Positions 58,109 to 64,000 of a stretch of 64,000 nt of DNA are shown here, piece after piece. Within the stretch, counting starts at the first letter, position 1. Every line of letters begins with the position of its first letter. This stretch comes from an archaeon. GTDB lineage: Archaea > B1Sed10-29 > JAVZDC01. The translations under genes were made by a program, and so were the position numbers. Where the stretch lies: contig JAVZDC010000001.1 of assembly GCA_038874115.1 (NCBI GenBank), positions 70,703-134,702 on the forward strand. The letters run 5' to 3'. The notes below the pieces were generated by a model. It saw nothing but the letters and a program-made list of their open reading frames with translations, did not search any database and had not been told where the DNA came from.

Positions 58109-59392
58109 ATGGAAAAAAGAATTATCTTGGCTAGTGGAAAATGCTCTTGGGGAAAGTGTTTTGCTTGTGGATGGGGAAAAATTGAGAGCGAGCTAAACAT
58201 TGAAAAATTAAAAAAATATTTGGAAAACTTAAACTTGAAAAATGTTGATTCTTTAAAAGTGTTTGCGAGCGGGAGTTTTTTAGACGATGCACAATTCCCT
58301 AGAGAATTTAGAAAATGGTTTGTTAAGTTTCTGAAAGAAAAGGGGGTAAAAAAATTAACTATCGAAAGTAGGCCTGAATATATTACTGATGAAAACTTAG
58401 CTGATTTTGAAGGCATAGAATTAACAGTAGCAATTGGTTTAGAATGTGCGAATGATGAGGTTTTAGAAAAATATGAAAAAGGTTTTACTGTGGAAGATTA
58501 TTTGAAAGCAGTTCAAACATTAAAGAAAAACAAGTGCAAAGTTAGAACTTATTTAATGGTAAACATGCCGTTTTCTACCCCTCAAGACTTGGATAAAAGT
58601 GTTGAATTTGCTTTAAACTATAGTGACTCGATAGTTTTAATAAATACTTTTCCACATTCTAAATCCAAATTATTTGAACTTTGGGTCGAAGGGAAATGGA
58701 AACCTTATGATAAAGAACAATTCTTTAATGCTGTTGGAAAATGGGCTAAAAATCCAAAGATAGAACTTGATTTTGAAAACTACGTCTTTATTCCAAAAAT
58801 TCCTCAAGAAAAACAAGAAAAAATAGTTGGAGCATCGATAAAAAATTTAGAGCATCCTTATTATAACGTTTGGCAAGATTATTTCCAAAGGTTTTACAAT
58901 CCGCCAAAAGAAAAAGATATATTGCTATTTTTGCCTTGTGCTTACAAAAAACCATACCGAGAATCTGAAACTCATAAAAAAATTAGGGAGACTTTGAAAA
59001 AGGTGCCATGCTTTCCAAGGATTCATAGAGTAGTTGTCTCAAACCCGGGGGTAATTCCTTTTGAGTTTTCGGATTATTATCCTTTCAATAATTATGACTG
59101 GCCGGAATGGGAAGAAACTTTAGAAATAAAAAAGGCTTACATTGAGATAACAAAAGAAAGAGTGAAAAAATATTTGGAGAAACATTCAAAGCATTACAAA
59201 AAGATGTTTGCCTTTTTAAAATACACTGAAACTTGGGAAGCAATATCTAAAGCGGCTGAAGAATTGGGTTTGGAAATCGAAAATGTTTTAAGAAAAGAAA
59301 CTTGGGAAAAAATAAAAGAAGAAAAAAATCCAATAATTCATGAGTTAGCTTTGAAAGATTTAGAGGAAAAATTGAAAAAAGTTAACGCCTGA
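58109..59392 (+). CDS. Fusion of a RaSEA-like radical SAM domain and an ArcS/DUF5591-like domain; putative archaeosine synthesis protein
   Basis: CSWGKCFAC, SGSFLD, ESRPEY, AIGLE, KG, TYLM; then LLFLPCAYKKPY.ES.TH, GVIP.E...YP...YDW. Confidence 0.7.
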   Translation: MEKRIILASGKCSWGKCFACGWGKIESELNIEKLKKYLENLNLKNVDSLKVFASGSFLDDAQFPREFRKWFVKFLKEKGVKKLTIESRPEYITDENLADFEGIELTVAIGLECANDEVLEKYEKGFTVEDYLKAVQTLKKNKCKVRTYLMVNMPFSTPQDLDKSVEFALNYSDSIVLINTFPHSKSKLFELWVEGKWKPYDKEQFFNAVGKWAKNPKIELDFENYVFIPKIPQEKQEKIVGASIKNLEHPYYNVWQDYFQRFYNPPKEKDILLFLPCAYKKPYRESETHKKIRETLKKVPCFPRIHRVVVSNPGVIPFEFSDYYPFNNYDWPEWEETLEIKKAYIEITKERVKKYLEKHSKHYKKMFAFLKYTETWEAISKAAEELGLEIENVLRKETWEKIKEEKNPIIHELALKDLEEKLKKVNA

Positions 59393-59458
59393 GGCAGGAT
59401 TTGAACCTGCGACCTTCCGGTTAACAGCCGGACGCTCTACCAACTGAGCTACCCAGGC
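59386..59458 (-). tRNA. tRNA-Asn (anticodon GTT)
   Basis: GCCTGGG TA GCTC AGTTGGTA GAGC G TCCGG CTGTTAA CCGGA AGGTC GCAGG TTCAAAT CCTGC CTCAGGC G. Confidence 0.95.
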
Positions 59459-59853
59459 ATATCAAGCCCATTTTTTATATAATGATATACTGTACGCAAA
59501 GGAATATTTAATTCTTTAGCTATGTTTTTTGGAGCAACCCCTTCAGAATATTTCGCCAAAATATATTTCAAAGTATCCTCATGATACTTTCTTGGTCTAC
59601 CGATTTTAAAATTCCCTGGTTCTACAATGATATTAACATTTTCCAAATATTCTTTTGTGTTTTTAGAAATTTGAAGGTATAAACTTCTTGGGCAAACGAT
59701 TTTTTTAATTTTTAAATTATTTGCTAAAATATGATCGATAATATCAGAAGTTGGTCTTAAACTTATGTAAACTTCTTCCTCGCCTTTAAGTTCTTTCAAA
59801 GCCTCCAAAAGTTCGATTTTATTTTTTGTAGTTATTTTTTTCATGCAATTCAC
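59449..59853 (-). CDS. DUF1699-like protein with a C-terminal HTH
   Basis: VYISLRPT, CPRSLY, GRPRKY, IAKELNIPLRTVYHY. Confidence 0.7.
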   Translation of the reverse strand: MNCMKKITTKNKIELLEALKELKGEEEVYISLRPTSDIIDHILANNLKIKKIVCPRSLYLQISKNTKEYLENVNIIVEPGNFKIGRPRKYHEDTLKYILAKYSEGVAPKNIAKELNIPLRTVYHYIKNGLDMPG

Positions 59854-60972
59854 TTATGGTAAAAATTCTTTATTTTCAATTTTCTCGGGCAGATAAACGT
59901 TTGTTAAATAACGCAAATTCAACCTTGTAAAAGCTTCTATTTCCCCTTTTTTCTTAGTTTCTAAAGCTTTTTTTAACTCTGTCTGCCACTCTGGTTTCTT
60001 AAACCAAGCATAGTCCATTAACTCTCTAGTTCTTTTCAAGTCTTGATCTTCTGCTGGCATTAACTGCTTTTCCAACCCTCTTTCATAAAGGTCTGTTAAA
60101 GATACTCCAAGAAACTTTGCGGCTGGAGTAGCTAAAAGATCAGTCAAGTAAGCCAATTTCATGGAACCAAACTTTATTGTAGAGTAAATATACCATCCAT
60201 AACCGTCGGCATCCGTCACCACATAAATTGGAAGACTTTTCTCCATCGAAAGTCTTTGAATTAATCTTCTTGCGCCACGGGCTGCCTGTCCTTTCGTTGC
60301 TATCAATAAACAGTTGTTTTTCTTCCAAAACATATCTTCATTCAACCTGTCAAACGCTGCTGATTTTTCTACGACTAAAACGTAATCTACGTCAACTTCT
60401 TTAAATTCCAAATGCTCAACGTTTGAAGGAATGGCCCATCCACCAGATCCTTGTTTATCTAGCTCAATAACTATATCTTGGCCAGCAAAATGATCTACAA
60501 AAACAGCGGGCCCTACAACCATCCCTTTTGGATCCGCGTTCAAATGAAGTTGTTCTCTTATAGATCCAAGCATAATCTCCAAATCTTCTATGCAAGAGTT
60601 TGATTCTCTTTGATCATCCCAAACATTTTCTGTTGAATTTTCCACACTCCTCGCAAAAGCATAATACAAATCTCTGATTGTACAGTGAAGACCTTCTTTG
60701 AGAAGATTTTGATAACAGTAGTTTGCAATATGTAAAGTTTGCATGAACTTCTTTGAATGTGCAACATTCATGAAATTCCTTCTCAAGAATTTTTCCGGGT
60801 TCTTCAAAAGTATTTGGTTTTTTTCTTCATCGAAAAAAATATTTGATCTACCTCTGACTGGAATTCTTAACACAGGGGGTTCTTTAACCTTTATATCGTT
60901 CCAAATAATCTCTGCAGTTTTCTCGATCTTATTTTTAACCTCAGAATCCATTTCCACTATCTTCTTAGTCAT
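59854..60972 (-). CDS. top6A: DNA topoisomerase VI subunit A
   Basis: TIRDLYY, VVEK, KGQA, TDADGYG. Confidence 0.95.
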   Translation of the reverse strand: MTKKIVEMDSEVKNKIEKTAEIIWNDIKVKEPPVLRIPVRGRSNIFFDEEKNQILLKNPEKFLRRNFMNVAHSKKFMQTLHIANYCYQNLLKEGLHCTIRDLYYAFARSVENSTENVWDDQRESNSCIEDLEIMLGSIREQLHLNADPKGMVVGPAVFVDHFAGQDIVIELDKQGSGGWAIPSNVEHLEFKEVDVDYVLVVEKSAAFDRLNEDMFWKKNNCLLIATKGQAARGARRLIQRLSMEKSLPIYVVTDADGYGWYIYSTIKFGSMKLAYLTDLLATPAAKFLGVSLTDLYERGLEKQLMPAEDQDLKRTRELMDYAWFKKPEWQTELKKALETKKKGEIEAFTRLNLRYLTNVYLPEKIENKEFLP

Positions 60973-62603
60973 TCATCACCACCGTTAGATTCCGATGTGC
61001 TATCAGTTTCCATTCTTTCTTCATCCGATTCCTCTAATTCCTCTTTTTCATATTTAGACTCGATCAACTCTATAAGTTTATCTAAAATCTCTTTTTTAGG
61101 TATTCCCAACAATTCTGAAAGAGCAGTAGCGATTTCAGGTGCATATTTATGTAAAGTTTGTTTTTTAGCCGCTGCTTCTTTTCTTTTCATCTGCCCTGAA
61201 ATATATCTTTGAACTTCTCTTGCACAATCGAGTAAAGCGAGATGCAATTCCCTCATTAATTCTTCTTCATCACTCACCGCCTGCTTTCCCGCACCAGTGT
61301 ACGGAACGTATACTGAAACAAGGTTTACCATTACAGTCAATGGAACATTATCTCTTAAATTATAACGTTTCCAATCTACTTCTTGAACAGCCTTCGTAAT
61401 CGCACATCCCCCTGAATCAAATAAAAGTGGTACTCTATTTGCAAACCTCATAAGCTCCAAAGTCCTAACAGTTTTCACTTCTCCCCCAACTTCTTCTTTA
61501 ACTTCCTTACCTGAATTACCTCCGTAAGCCATAGCAATTTCTACTTGAAAAGGAATTCCTCCTCTGTAAACTCCAGCAGGCCTAATTTTTACAACTTTAA
61601 ATTCTGGTTTCAAAATAGCATCTAAAGATTGTTCTATGTGTTTTTCACCAATGGGAACCAAAATATCTCCTGGCGGGGCTATAAATTTAATTTGCTGGAC
61701 TGCAGAAATTATCTGTTCTGCTTCTTCCCAAGTCATATCTTTTGGTCTTTTATTCAAATCGAAATTTACTTTTTGTTGAATCTCATTAACTTTTTGACTC
61801 GAAACTCTGGAAAATTCTTGAATTAAAAATCCTCTAATCGTACGTGCGGATGTATTTTGGGCGAGAGAAATAAGATCATCAGCATTAACTCCTTTCAAAT
61901 GAGGTTTCGAAGCTTTCGGTAGCTTTGGTAAAACACTTACAGAGCGCTCATAGACTGTCTTCAACCCGTCTGGGTCCACATAAATTATTTTTACGTGCGG
62001 ATTTGCCAAAGCAGTCCGACGTAAATATTCATCTGGGGAATTTTCACCTTTTTGATACAATACTTCTTTAACTTCTGTTTGAATCCATAACCCTTTGAAA
62101 TCAGGATCTAAATATTCTGACTCTTGAAAGAATCTTGGTTCATTTTTTTGAGTATCAACCATTATCGCACAAGAATAAACTTTCCCATCTCCTTGAGCGG
62201 AGCGGATTAACGTTGGTTTCCCTGTGGTAATTTGTCCATACAGAATACATCCACTTGCCCCAATGCCCTGTTGTCCCCTCGATTGTTTAAAACTTTTGAA
62301 TTTAGTCCCTGCAAGCATCTTTCCAAGAGCTTTACCAACGTATTTTTTAGGAATCCCAGGACCATTGTCGTGTACTGTAATCAAATAATGCTCAGGTCCA
62401 AGTTTTTTAATCTCAACATAGATCTCTGGCAAAATGCCTGCGTCTTCACAAGCATCAAGACTATTTGTTACATATTCGTGAATAATTGTTGTTAATGATC
62501 TTATTTTACCCGAATATCCCAGCATTTGCCTATTTTTCTTAAAAAATTCAGCTACAGAATATTCTTCGAACTTAGAAAAAATTTCATGTCCAGCAGTCGG
62601 CAT
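60969..62603 (-). CDS. top6B: DNA topoisomerase VI subunit B
   Basis: SVAEFF, HEYVTNSLDA, DNGPG, QSRGQQGIG, RFANRVPL. Confidence 0.96.
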   Translation of the reverse strand: MPTAGHEIFSKFEEYSVAEFFKKNRQMLGYSGKIRSLTTIIHEYVTNSLDACEDAGILPEIYVEIKKLGPEHYLITVHDNGPGIPKKYVGKALGKMLAGTKFKSFKQSRGQQGIGASGCILYGQITTGKPTLIRSAQGDGKVYSCAIMVDTQKNEPRFFQESEYLDPDFKGLWIQTEVKEVLYQKGENSPDEYLRRTALANPHVKIIYVDPDGLKTVYERSVSVLPKLPKASKPHLKGVNADDLISLAQNTSARTIRGFLIQEFSRVSSQKVNEIQQKVNFDLNKRPKDMTWEEAEQIISAVQQIKFIAPPGDILVPIGEKHIEQSLDAILKPEFKVVKIRPAGVYRGGIPFQVEIAMAYGGNSGKEVKEEVGGEVKTVRTLELMRFANRVPLLFDSGGCAITKAVQEVDWKRYNLRDNVPLTVMVNLVSVYVPYTGAGKQAVSDEEELMRELHLALLDCAREVQRYISGQMKRKEAAAKKQTLHKYAPEIATALSELLGIPKKEILDKLIELIESKYEKEELEESDEERMETDSTSESNGGDE

Positions 62604-62810
62604 GCTCTCCTCTCTAAAACAGAGTATAATAAAGGTAAGAAATTTTTACGTCACCGCTTTGAATTATAATAACATATTTTATATAAAAACCTTTGTATCT
62701 CGGGTTCTGTCAACTTATTGGAGGCGATTAATCTACCTTAGTAACTCCAGGAGTAAGAGGAATTGTAAAATAAAAACAAAAAGAAAATTTCTACAAATTT
62801 CTTCAAGTAA

Positions 62811-63752
62811 TTACCAAACATATATCCCAAAATAATTGCCGATAAATTTTACAGCTACATATAAGAAATAAATACCGAAAATCAATTTTAGGTGAAATGG
62901 CTTAAATCTCTTGATTGTTGCTGCACCTATTTGTGCTCCAACAATTGTACCCATCGCTATCATTAAAGCTGCACAAAGAAAGACAAAGCCCTGCGCTAAT
63001 TTTATTGAACCACCAACTATTGCCATAGGTACCATTATTGCTAAAGAAGTTCCCATTGTGATATAAACCGGTGCTTTAAACAAATAAATGAGTCCTGGAA
63101 CTAATGCATAGCCTCCCCCAAGACCAACTATTCCTGTAAGAATTCCTACAATAAATCCAAAAACTGATAGTTTTGCAGGATGGCCATTTATTGTTTCTGG
63201 CATCGAACTTTGCATTTTTGATGATACAATATGTCCTTGCTTAATTTTTTTGTATCCTTCAATTCCTTCCCATATCATTCTGAATGCAGGCCACAGGAAC
63301 ACAATTCCAAGGATAAGACCTAAAAGCATAGATTGATTTGATAAAAACAGAAATAACCAAGACCCTAGAATTACTCCTAAAAGTCCAGCCCCACCCATCC
63401 AAAGCATTACTCTCTTATCCACATTTTTTTGCTTAAAATGACCATAGCCGCCAGAAATAGCAGTGAAAATTACTGCAAAAAGAGTTGTTCCGATGGCAAT
63501 GGGGGCAGGAAATCCTAACCAGAAATGTAATATTGGAAGCATAACGCTGCAACCACCTGTTCCTATCCATCCACCTAAAAGCCCTGCAGCTAACCCCACA
63601 AGAATTAGTATTACACCTGTTATGACATTAATCTGGGGAACATCTTTAATAGTTTGTTTTTCAGTAGAAAATACAAAAATAGTTATTGCTATCATAACTA
63701 ATAATAGAAAAATAGTAAATTTGTTTTTATTGCAAATTGATTTTACATCCAT
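62811..63752 (-). CDS. TauE/SafE (TSUP) family membrane transporter
   Basis: Duplicated GWIGTGG / GIVGLGGG, AIGT / MGTS. Confidence 0.87.
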   Translation of the reverse strand: MDVKSICNKNKFTIFLLLVMIAITIFVFSTEKQTIKDVPQINVITGVILILVGLAAGLLGGWIGTGGCSVMLPILHFWLGFPAPIAIGTTLFAVIFTAISGGYGHFKQKNVDKRVMLWMGGAGLLGVILGSWLFLFLSNQSMLLGLILGIVFLWPAFRMIWEGIEGYKKIKQGHIVSSKMQSSMPETINGHPAKLSVFGFIVGILTGIVGLGGGYALVPGLIYLFKAPVYITMGTSLAIMVPMAIVGGSIKLAQGFVFLCAALMIAMGTIVGAQIGAATIKRFKPFHLKLIFGIYFLYVAVKFIGNYFGIYVW

Positions 63753-63801
63753 TTTAATGCCCCTTTACTGCAGATATATATAAATTAACAGATATTTATA
63801 A

Positions 63802-63821
63802 ATATTGATGGTTATCAATAT
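63802..63821. promoter_or_regulatory. Probable ArsR-family operator
   Basis: Perfect inverted repeat ATATTGAT-GGTT-ATCAATAT between the divergent tauE and arsR genes, next to a TATA-like palindrome. Confidence 0.55.
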
Positions 63822-63881
63822 ATCAATAAGAAGTATTTTGCACTGAAGCTTTAAAATTTGGGTGTTTAGATGGGTATAAAA

Positions 63882-64000
63882 ATGAATGAAAAAACAATAA
63901 AAATATTGAAAGCTCTTGCAAATGAAACAAGGCTAAAAATAGTTGAATTCTTGTTAAATGGGGAAAAATGCGTTTGTGAAATTTTTCCGTATGTAAAAAG
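63882..64000 (+). CDS. ArsR/SmtB-family repressor, 3'-partial
   Basis: MNEKTIKILKALANETRLKIVEFLLNGEKCVCEIFPYVK. Confidence 0.85.
   Translation, partial: MNEKTIKILKALANETRLKIVEFLLNGEKCVCEIFPYVK

Noticed and set aside
59449-59853. GRPRK plus HTH as a resolvase or transposase remnant
   Set aside because: No catalytic domain or terminal repeats; it sits in the topo VI operon and looks like an ordinary DUF1699-HTH protein
62781-62803. AATTTCTAC resembling the Cas12a repeat stem (also near 53907)
   Set aside because: Isolated copies with no repeat-spacer periodicity and no cas genes; it fits a terminator hairpin of tauE better
62602-62835. 77-aa + strand ORF in the top6B-tauE gap
   Set aside because: No SD or motif, overlaps both neighbours and spans promoter- and terminator-like sequence
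1155-63783. Numerous 60-170 aa ORFs antisense to or nested in recognised genes (e.g. 4362-4703, 28213-28713, 32944-33339)
   Set aside because: Shadow ORFs of well-supported genes, with no motifs of their own
1-64000. Stop-codon reassignment (TAG or TGA read-through)
   Set aside because: Conserved genes are full-length under the standard code, all three stops end genes, and aRF1 has normal NIKS and GGQ motifs

Overview
Compact (~30% GC by eye), gene-dense archaeal chromosome segment with many overlapping or abutting genes. The gene set (aRF1, topo VI A/B, Dph2, deoxyhypusine synthase, Nop5, aMBF1, Methanococcales/Thermococcales-type S-layer protein, class III signal-peptide pilin) and the scrambled operons suggest a DPANN archaeon, possibly Micrarchaeota-like; this is an inference. 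It holds about 65 CDS and two intron-less tRNAs (Arg-CCT, Asn-GTT), with no CRISPR array, rRNA or transposase. Housekeeping genes dominate. The most unusual items are: (1) a stand-alone 97-aa TATA-binding protein made of only one TBP repeat; (2) a fusion of a RaSEA-like radical SAM domain to an ArcS/DUF5591-like domain; (3) two beta-helix surface proteins sharing a C-terminal (T/S)APE-TM-basic tail, a candidate new sorting signal; (4) an 8-Cys domain shared by a pilin and a membrane protein; (5) two AglB-like GT-C proteins with degenerate motifs in an S-layer glycosylation locus; (6) a dispersed, minimal [NiFe]-hydrogenase; (7) a UbiD-AcnX cassette (Aeropyrum-type mevalonate pathway) abutting a tRNA 3' end; and (8) a tRNA-Asn overlapped by CDS at both ends. 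All family calls come from motif recognition by eye; no searches were run.
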